Source of the DNA: Octopus vulgaris | Lineage: Eukaryota | Length of the DNA: 64,000 nt | Assembly (NCBI GenBank): GCA_951406725.2 | Contig: OX597814.1 | Span: forward strand, 124,372,001-124,436,000 | Direction of reading: 5' to 3' | Shown: positions 12,898-26,399 of the stretch, piece after piece | Layout: every line of letters starts with the position of its first letter | Position numbering within the stretch: position 1 is the stretch's first letter | The notes under the pieces: generated by a model | The model's input: only the letters and a program-made list of their open reading frames with translations | Database searches by the model: none | What the model was told of the DNA's origin: nothing | Position numbers and translations under genes: made by a program

Positions 12898-13600
12898 CAT
12901 TCATCTTTCGCTGAAGTACTCAATACGTTATAAGCATGCGGTGTCATTATAATCTTTATTAGAAATAACGTGTTGCAACTGTTTCACACACATTTGACAA
13001 AACTGTTTTATGGAAGTAGGTGTAATGTGGCATCGCTAATACAAATATGTGTATGTTTTTGTGTGTATATATGCATGAATATATATGTAGACACACACGC
13101 ACGCACACACATATATATGTATGCATGTATATGTATATACTTATTAATATATATATATATATGTATATGTGTATATATATATTAATATATATGTGTGTAT
13201 GTGTGTAATTATATGTGTGTGTATGTGAATGTGTGTGAGTATGTGTGTAGTGTGTTTGTGTTTATGTTTGCGTGTGAGGATGAATAACAACGAGAGCCAA
13301 AATTAAGGAAATTTTACAAACACATGACAAATTAACTACAAGCAATTATCAAGTATAGTTTAAAAAAAAAAAAAAAAGTCAGCGCTGACCGCCAAGCAAA
13401 GTGTTGTTAAATACTGAGTGACCAAAAGTGTAAATGGTGTCTTATACTCAAGAATCTTGAAACTAGTGTCTACTTCTAATATTTTCTTTCCCTTTTTCCA
13501 AATTATTCAAATACTAGGAATATATTATTCACCTATTTTTTCTTAGTTAAGTAAAATATCCCTCATACGTACTCAAATTCCCCTATGGTAGCTTAGTTTA

Positions 13601-13965
13601 GGTGCAATGGCTTAGTGGTTAGGGCAGCGGACTCGCAGTCGTAGGATCGCAGTTTCGATTCCCAGACCGGGCGTTGTGAGTGTTTATTGAGCGAAAACAC
13701 CTAAAGCACCACGAGGCTCCGGCAGTGGGTGGTGACGAACCCTGCTGTACTCTTTCACCACAACTTTCACTCACTCTTTCTTCCTGTTTCTGTTGTGCCT
13801 GTATTTCAAAGGGGCCAGCCTTTTCACACTCTGTGTTACACTGAATCTCCCCGAGAACTACGTTAAGGGTGCACGTGTCTGTGGAGTGCTCAGCCACTTG
13901 GACGTTAATTTCACGAGCAGGCTTGTTCCGTTGATCGGATCAACTTCAACCCTCGTCGTCGTAGC
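13601..13965 (+). mobile_element. tRNA-derived SINE family C (tail variant 1)
   Basis: TGGCTTAGTGGTTAG A-box, GTTTCGATTCC B-box, body GAGCGAAAACACCTAA shared with the 51049 copy. Confidence 0.85.
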
Positions 13966-14129
13966 TCTATTTTTTGTTTTTCTGACTAAAATTTAGTGAT
14001 AAACGAAATAAACACGTACATTCAACATCAGACTGTAAGAAGGCATGTAATGTTCTATATTAAGTGTGGCACAGGGAGGCCAGTTGAGCAGCTCTCCAGG
14101 ATGACATTATTTTACATATCGAGCGACAA

Positions 14130-14350
14130 ATATTGATTTCAAATTTTGTCACAAGACCAGCAAGTTCCGGAGAGGGGCTAAGTCGATTACATCGACTCCC
14201 AGAGATCAACTGGTACTTATTTTATCGACCCTGAAAGGATGAAAGGCAAAGTCGACCTCGGCGGAATTTGAACTCAGAACGTAAAGGCGGACGAAATACG
14301 GCTAAGCATTTTGCCCAGCATGTTAACGACTGCTGCCAGCTCGCCGCTTT
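14130..14350 (-). mobile_element. SINE family B
   Basis: Core and head on the reverse strand; a second, diverged copy lies at 14680-14845. Confidence 0.85.
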
Positions 14351-14859
14351 TTCAACAACAAATATTAAAGCGAGCATCGTAAGAATACTTCTCTCTGGTC
14401 CTCCAGAAACCTCATCACTTAGTAACACTCTATAAAGAGAAATTAAGTGAACTCAAGAGGACTACAGAGAAATTATGTATGCCGTCTACGTCTCATTGAA
14501 AGACGAAAAATTAAGAACAAAAAATTGCGATAAATCAAACAGAAAATATCTTTTAAATCAGGTTCCTCCCCCTAAGCCCTAGGATTCATGAGGCCAGTTA
14601 CTCAGTTTCCATGGCGTGTAAGTAGTCGAGATCACATAATTTCCCCTGAACAGGAAAACAGTCCGTTGCAGAACAGCTTTAAAGGGAGCGGGCAAGTCGA
14701 TTACATCAATTCCAATGATTGCCCGATACTTTATTTAATCGATCCCAAGGGGATGAAAGACAAATCTGACCTCGACGGGATTTGAACTCAATGCCACTTA
14801 GAATTTTGTCTGACGTGCCAACAACTCTGTCAGCTCGCTACCTCCTTTTAAGATCTAGA

Positions 14860-15129
14860 TCAGTGGTTCACAGCTGGGGTCTACATATTTCTTGGGTGCC
14901 CAATATAAGATTTTGTTGTTAAAATTTATCTGCAATAAATCGGTTATACTTCCGCTATGCACGAAAAATTCTAATTTTTTTAAATACAATTCCTAATAAT
15001 ATCTAATTATAAAAAACAAACAAAAACTAATAGGATTTTTAAAGACTGAATAACCAGGAAGGCCCATCCGAGTAAAATAAGAATCAAAGGTGTCCATAGG
15101 TGGAAAAAAAACAGAAAGACAATCATTGA
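14860..15129. mobile_element. hAT-like MITE (decayed)
   Basis: Begins CAGTGGTT and ends ..AATCATTG; approximate 8-bp flanks ATCTAGAT / ATTTAGAA. Confidence 0.4.
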
Positions 15130-16248
15130 TTTAGAAGAATAGAAATAGGGAGAGTCGTAATGCCTAGGCTTCTCTAAACTAGTAAATTAAGAAGGGAGGT
15201 AATCAAACGAGGAACTAAACGAAATAAAACGGTTTGTTCAGTATGATCAAGGCATGAATGCAACACATAAAGAATCAGCCGAAAGAAGAGAAGCCCAAAA
15301 CAACGTCTCAACGCTCTTGCAAAGAGAAGTCAAGCAAGAGAGCGAAAATGTAGGAACTGGCATCAGAAGCCAAAATACCAATGAAGAATTAGATGAAGAG
15401 AATTTCAATAAGGTAGAGAATGATCGTTTTCTAGAAGAGGTTGTTGAAAACATTGTAATCATAAAGAAAGTGTAAATGAACTAACCAAGGTAAGCGACAT
15501 AAACAAGACGAAAAGAGTAATAATGCTAAAAAAATATTGAACAAAAACAGACGCAACAATCTTATGAAGATGGGAAATGCTGCAATCAAAGACCTTTTCT
15601 ACACAATTAAGCCTAATTTATCCGAACTCAATCAACTGGTTTATGTTTCAGCCAATCTAATTGAGTCACAATACTCGATCGATAAAAAGAGAAACAGACC
15701 TGTGCAGCAGAAGAAACCTGAATAGAACGAAAGGGTGAAAAAAGAAACGGAACGAATGAGAGGAGAAATATCGATTGTGAAGGAACCTAGCTGGAACACA
15801 GTGTGAAATCGAGGAAAGCAAGGAAGCTAAAACAAATAAGGGCAAAAGAAAATAGAAGATGTATCACCGAAGAACAACTCAAAGGTGACGGAATAAACGT
15901 GCTACAATTATCTAAAGCAAAATAAAAGTCCGAGGTAAATGCCAAAAACAAAATAATAGCCATAAAGAAACTGGTGATCGCGATTGTAATATATTGTTTC
16001 GAAATTATCAATTCGGATATAATCGAAATTAAAAGAATAGATAAAAAAACCAGAAAAAAAAAACACAAGCGTGCAATAAAATGCACCGTCCCAATGCAGA
16101 TGTTGATCAACTGTACCTGTTGAGAAGCAAGAGACACGGGAGAAAAATGATGTGGAGTGGACTGTCATATAAGACAAGGACTATTTTAGATATCTATAAA
16201 TGGCAGAAAATTTTGATGCTGCCACTGGCTCTAGACTGCGAAAAATAC

Positions 16249-16279
<31 letters not shown>

Positions 16280-16700
16280 AAACAAACAAAATACAATATT
16301 TTGGTAAAAAAAGAAAAGGTGATTTGATGGGATATTCAAATATGCATAGACGAGGAGATAAAGCGAAGCAACAGGACATCATAATAAACACACGAGATCT
16401 GTCTTGTTCGCATGTTAATTATTGTACATTGTCCGAATAACAATATTATCTGACTAAAGGAGGTGGAACAGTTCTTCAAATATATAAAGACCAAGAGACC
16501 GAAATAGCGAGAACATGGAATATGGACAGAAAAATATCTCAGCCATTGTAGTTCTCAAAGTTATCAAGCGTGATATGGAGAAAATTTTTTAAAAACTTGA
16601 AGAATAATCTGGGAGACATTCCTTAGGTGAAGCTCCAAGGAGATGTCCATATTGTATACATAAAACACTATTTGTGAAAGAAAATCTACTCTACTTCAGA
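15130..16700 (+). pseudogene. Degenerate, internally deleted R4/Dong-like LINE
   Basis: LSELNQLVYVSA N-terminal segment; HRPNADVDQLYLLR (post-RT motif) at about 16084; KYIKTKRPK / EIARTWN C-terminal remnants near 16480-16520. Confidence 0.6.
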
Positions 16701-17219
16701 ACTGTAGAAAGGTTCCAGTAAAGTATGTGTATCATTAATAGTTATACAGTGAATATTATCTGAGACTCCACTGTTTGATGTGCGAAGATCTGAGGAATAA
16801 TGTATCTTACTTGAAAACATGAGTTCTGATCGGAAAAGGTATCCGGGCTTAGTATACAGACTCGGGAAGACTCATCCAACCAATGCCAGCGGATGTAAAA
16901 ATGAAGGTGATAATTAAGATGATAACGACGGCGATGATATTATATGATGTTATAATATTAAACAGTTTAGAACCATAAATGAGGCATTTTTAATAATTCA
17001 TAGCTAGAAAATGTATATTTTATGAGATACGATATTAAAGATTCGTGTTTATTAATAAATAGTTTAATAGCATGGGGATTTGAAAGAACGGGATTTTAAG
17101 GAAATTATTAGAGGGCTGTATCTAAATGTATGTAATATGGCGTATCGTGTTTCTGGATCGAAATAAACCTTATGATAATATTATTTTCCAACCTTTTGGA
17201 CTTGATAAATTAAGTATCA

Positions 17220-18660
17220 GTACCAGAAGATTTGAGACGTTTTCAGGTGAGATATTTATTAATTTCAAAGAAGTACAAAACTAGTCTCCTTCAAGGTAGG
17301 AGACCCTGACTTCAATACATTTGTAGAGCCCCAGCCAGTTTGTGAAGGCTCCATGAAATCTTCCAATGACCCCTGTCACAGCCTCCTTCCCCTGATGCAT
17401 CTTGGAGAACAACCAAGTCAAAGGAAGCAAGGTCTGGACTGTAGGCAGGGTGAGGGACAGTTGTGATGCCCATCTTTGTTAATTAGTTGGTTACCAGGAT
17501 GGAATTGTGCACTGATGCATTGTCCTGGTGCAGGTACCACTGACCACGTGGAAGAGCTCTGGCCTTTTGCGATGAAATCTCTTCCTGAACTCTCTCAAAA
17601 CCTCCACAAAGTACTTTATCTTGACCGACTGGCCAGGGGGAACCCAGTGGATGTAGATGATGCCCTTGCTGGTGGACTTGCTTTGCCTGGCCTTCTTGTG
17701 TCTGGGATAGCTAGGATGCTTCTATTGAGCAATCTGTCTCTTGGTCTCTGGATCATAACAATAGATCCAGCTTTCGTCACAGGTCACCAAAGACTCAGGT
17801 ACTCTTGCATTAGAGGTAATGAGTTCAACCATCTCCCTGCTGTCACCAACAGCTGTTCGTCACCCACAACTGTTCGTCACCAGGAACAAACTTTGCACGA
17901 ATTTTGCTCATGTTCAGATTTTCATGAGTAATTTTGTGCGCGCAAACTCCAAACTGTGTGCTTATTGTTCTTATAGACACACGAACGTCTTCATTAAGGG
18001 AACTCTTTTACTCTTTTACTTGTTTCAGTCATTGACTGTGGCCATGCTAGAGCACCGCCTTTAGTCGAGCAACTCGACCCCAGGACTTACTCTTTGTAAG
18101 CCTAGTACTTATTCTATCGGTCTCTTTTGCCGAACCGCTAAGTTACGGGGACGTAAACACACCAGCATCGGTTGTCAAGCGATGTTGGGGGGGGGGGACA
18201 AACACAGACACACAAACATATAAACACAAATACATATATATACATATACATATATACGACGGGCTTCTTTCAGTTTCCGTCTACCAAATCCATTCAAGCC
18301 ATTAGTAAGAGACACATGCCCAAGGTGCCACGCAGTGGGACTGAGCCCTGAACCATGTGGTTCGTAAGCAAGCTACTTACCACACAGCCACTCCTGTGCC
18401 TATGCGAACTTTTTCAATCAGCTCAAATGTTCTGACATCCTTCTCACCATCTTTCACCTCTTCACTACCGTACTTGAACCTCTTGTGCCAACAAAAACAA
18501 ATACTTGGCTGATAAGCAGTTTCATGAGTCTCTGTAGCATTTTTCTTTGCTTAACACAAAACTTTATGGCATGGCGAGCTTCAAAACTGTCTTCACGTCC
18601 CGGCTGCATTCTCTAAACTAGTCAGCTGTGAAAGCAGTGTCTAACAGAGTTTATGCAAAA
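17220..18660 (-). mobile_element. Mariner (DD34D-type) transposase pseudogene, rearranged and interrupted by a SINE
   Basis: Reverse strand reads VTCDESWIYCYDPETKRQ, HQDNASVH, PYSPDLASFD and terminal YLEGD*. Confidence 0.85.
18002..18400 (-). mobile_element. SINE family A nested in the mariner
   Basis: Near full-length reverse complement of the 47306 copy. Confidence 0.9.
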
Positions 18661-18744
18661 TACTGTTACAGTATCTCCTTCAATCTGGAATAAAAAGTTG
18701 GCAGATCAGTTTATTAAATGTATAGTAAAGAAAACGTCGCCCTT

Positions 18745-18860
18745 TTCAAGTCTAGCCAGGCTCATGGGCCCGGTTTCCCGGTTTCTGTGGCGCATGTATT
18801 CCTCCCAGCTGGACGGGACGCCAGTCCATCGCAGCGTTACTCAAGAAACAGGAAGAAAGA
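18745..18860 (-). mobile_element. SINE family C tail fragment
   Basis: GGGCCCGGTTTCCCGGTTTC...CTGGACGGGACGCC matches the tail of the 51049 copy. Confidence 0.7.
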
Positions 18861-19179
18861 GTACAACATAAAAGATTTTCGGCAAGTTCGTTACACTTGG
18901 CTTTGAATACTCCTTGTATGTTGGTATCAGGTGACCACAAGTGATCTTAAATGATCAGCTATGGTTCTATATGGATGGCTTTGGGTAGAATAATAAGAAT
19001 TGACCGTGGTCGCTTATGAGTCAATTGGAAAAAGAGAAAAGGCTTACAGATAATTTTGGAAAAATCTGTAACTGCTGATAAACAACGGAAAAGAGCGCAT
19101 TGTTTTCAGTATTAGTCCCTTTTGGAGCTGGCTGCTAACATTTTTACAATATTCTTGGTAATTAGAAAGCACTTAACTT

Positions 19180-19762
19180 TCAGTTCTATATTTAAGAGAT
19201 GAGGAATTATGTAAATTTTTTACATTATTTTCATTATTTACATTTGACGGATATTTCTTCTCATCTTGTTTGTTGTTAACACAACGTTTCGGCTGATATA
19301 CCCTCCAGCCTTCCTGAGGTGTCTTGGGGAAATTTCGAACCTGGGTTCTCATTCCTAAGGTATTTTTCGATCTTCTTCTTCTTCTTCTTCTTCTTCTTCT
19401 TCTTCTTCTTCTTCTTCTTCTTCTTCTTCTTCTTCTTCTTCTTCTTCTTCTTCTTCTTCTTCTTCTTCTTCTTCTTCTTCTTCTTCTTCTTCTTCTTGTT
19501 ATTCAGGCCCTAAGAAAATATTAGATTTATAAGCCCTATAAATTCACTCCATAATTGCCACGGGCATATGGCTTAGTGGTTCCGAGTTCGATTCCTTAAT
19601 GACAATAATAATAATAATAACATAGAAAAGTACCTTAGGAATGAGAATCCAAGTTCGACATTTTCCCAAGACATCTGATGAAGGCTGGAGCCGAAACGTT
19701 GTGTTAACAACAAACAAGATGAGGACAAATATCCGTCAAATGTAAATAATGTAAATAATGTA
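19180..19762. mobile_element. Inverted pair of Penelope-like termini with hammerhead motifs around (CTT)n
   Basis: About 19225-19370 is the reverse complement of 19625-19762; plus copy reads ACAT-CTGATGA-A-GGC-TGGA-GCC-GAAAC-GTT-GTGT at 19671-19704. Confidence 0.8.
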
Positions 19763-19992
19763 GCACTTAACTTTCTAGGCGGTCACAGATAGTTTAATCA
19801 AAATTAAAAAGTGACATTAAACATATAGGAACAGATACATACAAGTTGACGTGCGGGATTACTGGCGGCCTTGCGTTAGTTTTTTCTTTTTCTGTAAAAT
19901 CTAAAACAGCTAACAACAACGGCAGGGATAGTGTAGGTTATTAACAGGAACCTTCTAACTGATGACTTGACATCAGATGATAGTTGATCTTG

Positions 19993-21271
19993 CACGGGGT
20001 GGGAGCAGAGAAGATGGACGTTTTTGAAAAATTCACAAAATCATTAATTTTAGCTGCAAACAAATTTTATTGACAGCAATTTGTTCGTCTTGAATTTGTG
20101 AAAATTAAGTGTGGAAAAGAACATCCATCATATGGTGTCCATTTTTATTGATGCTTTTCTGAAGGCGTTCTTGGAAGATGGCCTCCACGCAGTCCAGCAT
20201 TGCTCTGTCGATTCCTTCAAATCGTCCAATGTACGGGGCTTATGCACATACACACATGCTTTGAGGTCTTCCCACAAGAAATAATCACACATGGACAAAT
20301 CAGGGGACCGAGAGAGCCAAGGAGTGTCAGCAAGCCTGGAAATGAGGTGGTCACCGAAGAGAGGGCGAAGAATGTCCATTGATGCTCTGGCTGTGTGAGC
20401 CGTCGCCCCATCCTGCTGAAACTACACACGTCGAATCGGCATACGTTTTCATTGTAATTCAGGCACAAAGAAGTTGTTTATCATCTCGATGTAACACTCG
20501 GAGTTCATAGTAAAAACATTTCCCTTATTGTCTTCAAAAAAGTAAGGACCGATAACGACATCTTTTCCAACAGCACACCAGACCGTAATTTTGGGCTGTG
20601 CAGTGGTCTTTCGTACAGTTCTCTCGGATTTTCAAGAGCTTAATAACGACAGTTCTGTTGATTAACCATGCCATTGAGATGAAAATGAACTTCATCACTC
20701 ATTAACAAAATGAGGTTGTCATTTGCCTCAAAAATTGCTTCCATCTGACATGCAAAGTTAAGTTGCTGTGCATAGTCCCATGGTTTCAACTGTTGCCCAG
20801 TGACCAATTTGTACGGGAGGAAAAATGCAGGTATTCATGCAAAATACACCTTACCGATCGACTACCGATGCCAAGTTCAGTAGAATGCTTTCGAGCAGAG
20901 CGATTCGGACTCCGTAACAAAGCTTGTCCGACGCGTTCCACATTTTCCGGTGTCCGTACTGTTCGTGGCACCACTACCGGTCTCCTATTCATTAGTGTAC
21001 CTATTCACCCAATATAAGTTTGTGTTACGGTTGGGAACAGTCTGATATCGGTGAATGTTAAAGTGGCGACGAAACCCACGCTATTCTTCACGTAGCTGTC
21101 GTAGACTAACACGCGATGCTCCATCGTCCACAGCACCATGGCATCACCTGAAAAGAAAAAAAATAATACGAAGGCATCACGAACCGGAAGGTACCTGTCG
21201 AATATATGTCCCTCCTCCTCGGGTTGAGTAATAGCCATTTCAAAAACGCCCGTCCTCTCAGCCCCACCCCA
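19993..21271 (-). mobile_element. Tc1/mariner superfamily transposon of the rosa (DD41D) type, TIR-bounded, frameshifted
   Basis: Imperfect TIRs GGGGTGG..GAGA.GA.GG.CGTTTTTGAAA at both ends; SDEVHFHLNG, then FQQDGATAHTA...WLSRSPDLSMCD with 41 residues between the second and third Asp. Confidence 0.85.
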
Positions 21272-23545
21272 TATAAAATGGCAGTGAGTGATCACGCGCA
21301 GTTTTAGGCAGCTTGGTAACAGTTTTCCAAACACTGTCTGTAGATAGTTAGTGATTTTAAAGTATTAAATCAGTGTAAGTTAATGTCCCTTATGGTAGGT
21401 GATCTGAGTGTGTTATAGGGATGACGGTTCAAGAAGCTGGATTAGTAACCTAATCTTGGCATCTGTTATATTAATCAGGAAATATTACCGAGGGAAAACA
21501 ATTAGATTGGTTTTAGAACAGAGCTTTATACTAATACCATTTTCTCCAGAAAATATATTTCCACACCATCTCAGTTACCTCAGTTACCTTGGCATTTGTT
21601 GTATTAATCAATGAAAATCAATTTTGTGCAATGATGACCTCTCAGCTCCAACTTGATTCTTCTAACACAACCAACAAGGTTTTGGTCCCTTTTCATCTTA
21701 TGATTAATTGAATCATTAATATTCAAACAGGCAGCCTAGTTTCTGGTTGATAACAAGAACTTTGCAACTTTAGACAATCAAGGGGAAAAAATATCACAAT
21801 AAACTTGACTTTTTTTTTCATTTTCATGATTCAAAGTAATTAAAACTGTTTTTTTTTAATGAAAACAAACAAAAGCAAAATATTTAAATATTCATCATTA
21901 TTTTGTGAAGTTAATTTTCTGTAGCTATGATTTATAGGATGATTGCTACAGCTTCCCATATTACTCTTTTGATTGAGGGTCTTTTATTTTATTATCATCA
22001 TGCCTGAAGAAAAAGGGCACTGACCACAGCTTACAGGTGTTCTCTAAGATCAGAAGGTGAATTAGATTGCTACGGTTTATTTCAAGTAATTCAAATAACA
22101 AAAGAAATTATCAAGGAGCTTTGATGTTGGTTGGAGAGGATTGTCTATGTTTGTATAAAATATCTTATAGCATAAGACTAACCATGAAAACAGTTGTCTG
22201 GTAGTTATGACAATTCTTTTTTTTTTAAGTATGACTTTATAATTGATAGAAATCTTACATGGGGCTATCTTTTAAATAGCATTTTTAGAAAAGGCATTCT
22301 GATATTAGAATTCTTAGATATGGTTGTCTAATAGATAGAATTCTGTTTACATGTACTGAATATCATATTTAACCTCTTTACAACTGAACCGTTAATAGTT
22401 TATACCATTCTAATTCTGTTTATTGCAATTGGTCCTTCCTTTACTGATTAGTGATATTCGTTATTTCTACAGAAATATAAAACCACACACGGAACCAAAT
22501 CTATGTTTGTTTTGAGCTTATATAATTAATGTCTCACAAAATAATGTTATATTAAATCAGCGTCTGATATCCAATTAAAATCTAAACTATTTCTGTAACT
22601 GCCTGTCAATTTTTAAGAACCAAAACTACTGCAGCCAGGTTTTATAGCCGGAAGATTGCGTGGATCCACACTGAAAGAATTACACAAATGGATTCTTCAG
22701 GAACATACACAACGTAATGAATACCAATACTAATTTCTGAATTCCTTAAAGCTAAATAAAAGAGGGAAAGAAATTGAGATAATTGGAATGGAAAAACCGA
22801 GGATTTGTATGTCAGCCATTACAGATGTGGATCCTGACCTGTCATCAGTTAATTTGCCACATTACTAACACTATAAAGTTAATCTGCCGTATGACAAGAA
22901 GACTTGAATAACAAATATTACAGTATTTAGTTGCATGAAGCTGCTGTCACTGTGATTTTGATGTTCATTTCTCTGTTGCGGTGAGTAATTGATACAAATG
23001 CTTGACTGACAAATTAGTTCCCCATAAATAGCCACCAGACTGTTCGTCTCTCTGTCGGTAAGGCCAGAGAACAGGAAAGTGAATACGACCAATAACGCCG
23101 TCTCTTTGTCTGTCAACTGTTACGGTTGCTCAGATCTCTGTCATGTGTTGGCGATTTCATGCTTTACTGCATTTTGTGGCAGAGGTGTCCATATAAAGTG
23201 TTTCCCCTTCATTGCCAGCGGTCTATAGTGCCAGTGAACCAAAGACTTGTGGTAAACGAAGGATTACAGAAATGTTAAGAAGGCATAAAACAATTTGCGA
23301 AATTCTATATTTACAAATCTCTTAAATATCAGTGATTTGATCTATTGATGCATCTTGATTCAATATTGGTAACAATGACTGCAACAGCAACAACAACACC
23401 TACAACACAGTAGCAGCGACAGCAGAAGCAGCAACAACAGCAGCAGTAGCAGCAGCAACACTAGCGGCAGTGTCAGAATCAACTGCAGCGGCTCAACAAC
23501 CATAGCAACGCAGTAGCAGTAAGGACAGCAGCAACGAAAACAACG

Positions 23546-23912
23546 ACTCTTTTACTCTTTTACTTGTTTCAGTCACTTGACTGAGGCCATGCTAGAGCAC
23601 CGCCTTTAGTCGAGGAAATCGGCCCCAGCACTTATTCTTTGTAAGCCTAGTACGTATTCTATCGGTCTCTTTTGCCGAACCGCTAATGTTACGGGGACGT
23701 AAACACACCAGCATCGATTTTCAAGCGATGTTGGGGGGGGGGCGGCAAACACAGACGCACAAAGACACACACATATATGTATATATACATATACATATAT
23801 ACGACGGGCTTCTTTCAGTTTCCGTCTACCAAATCCACTCACAGGGCTTTGGTCGATCCGAGGCTATATGCCACGCAGTGGGACTAAACCTGTAACCATG
23901 TGGTTGGTTAGC
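23546..23912 (-). mobile_element. SINE family A
   Basis: Reverse complement of family A with a small internal deletion. Confidence 0.9.
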
Positions 23913-23974
23913 CGCAGCAGCAGCAGCAACAACAACAACAACTGCAACAACAGGAAAAACAAAAACATTTTTTT

Positions 23975-24135
23975 TTACTGCAGGCACAAGGCCTGGAATT
24001 TTGGGGGAGGGGTAGCTGATTACACCGTCCCTATTGATCATCTTGTACTTTTTTTTATCAACCCCAAAAGGATGAAAGGTCGATATCGGTGAAATTTGTA
24101 CTTAGAACGTAAAGACGGACAAAATGCTGCGTCTA
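23975..24135 (-). mobile_element. SINE family B fragment (diverged)
   Basis: GGCACAAGGCC tail and CCCCAAAAGGATGAAAGG core. Confidence 0.7.
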
Positions 24136-24899
24136 CGCTGTTGCTTAGCTTGCAAGAAATAGCAGCCAAATTTCACTCAAATCATATTCTACCATCGTAA
24201 AAAATAAAGAACATATTGAGTAATATCGTCTTGCATCGACTATGTCTTATGAAAACATGGAGTGGTCAGGACAGGAGCGTCTTTGATCATAGATTTGCTC
24301 AATCAAATCTGGAGCTAAACAGTAGCAATGACAAGTACATGTGCAAACGAGGGAGCCTCTTCATAGTCGTCTGTTGCCAATGATCATGAGATCTCCCTCA
24401 TATCACCCTCTGCCGTCTTTAAAACGGGAACACAAGTTATCTCAGGTTACGGCTACTTCGTGTTACAGGATTCAGTAGTTACGGAAATTGCAAAGTATAA
24501 CACTAATTTGGGAAATACGAACTGAAATTTCGCTTTTACGGGAACTGGAATAAATTTAAAAACCACGCTTTCTTTTTAGACAAAACACCACTTCTCGACT
24601 TATTAGCAAAGACGAAAGCAGTTAATTTGAAAACTAGAGACACAGCATAAAGAGACATATATAAATATACATGAACACGCACAGATGTGTGTGTGTGTGT
24701 GAATCTGTACGTATTTGAGCTTCTTCACGGCTCTTACTTTATCTATCTATCTATCTATCTATCTATCGATCTATCTATCTATCTATCTATCTATCTATAT
24801 CTATCTATCTATCTATCTATCTATTTATCTATCTATCTATCTAGCACCAGAATTTAGTATGGTATTATCCATACAATTTAAAATAAGGTGATTATAATC

Positions 24900-25183
24900 A
24901 AAATAAGCAACAAGGATATCCAGAGATAATGCAGGACGATCGTTTCATGCGACTCTATTTAATTGAACAATGCAAACATGACATCAATTTAAAATGTAGT
25001 TTGGAGATTTTGATAAAATTATACTAATGTGTCCTTAAATTTAATTAAAATTCTATGTTTTTGTGCAGCTGAAGATTGCTCTACATTTTAAATTGATGTA
25101 ATGTTTGCATTGTTCAATTAAATGGAGTCGCATGAAACGATCGTACTGCATTGCCTCTGGATATCCTTGTTGCTTATTTTTAT
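24900..25183. mobile_element. Inverted pair of Penelope-like termini
   Basis: 24900-24999 is the reverse complement of 25081-25180 with a few mismatches. Confidence 0.85.
25063..25151 (+). ncRNA. Type-I hammerhead ribozyme motif with canonical core
   Basis: GTGCAG-CTGAAGA-[about 58-nt interrupted helix II]-GAAAC-GATC-GTA-CTGCAT; helix I TGCAG/CTGCA; GUA cleavage triplet at 25143-25145. Confidence 0.75.
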
Positions 25184-26037
25184 TATCTATCTATATAAAG
25201 TAATCATGATCTCTAACTTAACCAAGATTACTTCTGTCGCTATTAATAATTTTTTTAATAAACCGACTGGCTATTTGCGATATCAGTGCCTCAATAGACA
25301 CTAATATTCTATATATCGTTGACGTGAGATTCTGCTGTTATCGTGCTGATGGGTATCTGTCACTGAATAACTCATAGGAAGGTGAAACCACGTGATGTGA
25401 GAATTCTGGCGGGCGTAGCAGTCGATTCTCGGCTGTCAATGATATTATTTCGAGTGCATTTATGCACCTCAGGCTGTTTTCAGAGATTCGCTCAAGGTAA
25501 ATAATGCCTCATTTTGTGTTCTAAAACACCTTCCACATTCTTTAAGTTAGAGATCATGATTACCGTTTGATATCAGTACTGCTTCTGTCGCTATTAATTA
25601 TATATATATATATATATTGAATAAGATAGAGTCTAGAAGGAGTACTGTTAGACAGTTATTTATAATCACTATACATGTTTCTGTACCGCATAGCTCTTCC
25701 TATATACATGATTTAAATTATGCAACGTTTTGGGATCCACTTGTATTTCATCTGGTGATACCCAATTGCTGTCTCCGTTAGTTACAAGACCTTCGATTTC
25801 GATGTTAACACGTCCATCTGCCTAAACCTAGACTTGGAAGTATGCCGTAATACAACCGGCTATTTGCTAATTCTATGGGTGAACGAACTCTATTTTGTAC
25901 TCTGCTATCTTTCTAACGTAATACACCTTCACACACACATACTTTTAATATAAGGAAAAAATTTTATTAAAAATGTTATCAGTGGGCAGCATATGAAAAA
26001 TACCTTTTAAGGTGAAAATTATAAATTGTATTTATAA

Positions 26038-26115
<78 letters not shown>

Positions 26116-26399
26116 ATGTAGATATATATACGTATATGTTTTTGTATATGTGTATATGTATGTATGTTTATATATATATATATATATGTATATGTATATC
26201 TATGTATGTATAGGAAAATGATGATATATATGCATATCAATCCTCACTACCACCGCTCTCTATCTTCAGAACCAACACAGACACCATCAACGCCAAAATC
26301 GATACATCACCAACCCACTAACTCCTTAATGGCAAACAACAACTGCAACAATAACATAAACAAAATAATGAAATCTGTCTAAAAAAAAAAAAAGAAGCA

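Noticed and set aside
13601-13675. tRNA gene (also 51285-51355)
   Set aside because: No proper acceptor stem, and it continues into a SINE body
21678-21700. miR-133-like TTTGGTCCC seed (and miR-279-like GATCCACACT at about 22662)
   Set aside because: Only short partial matches, with no precursor hairpin seen
25665-25760. Reverse-strand CAGATGA...GAAACATGTA hammerhead-like motif (also 47896-47917)
   Set aside because: Too degenerate to assign helices confidently
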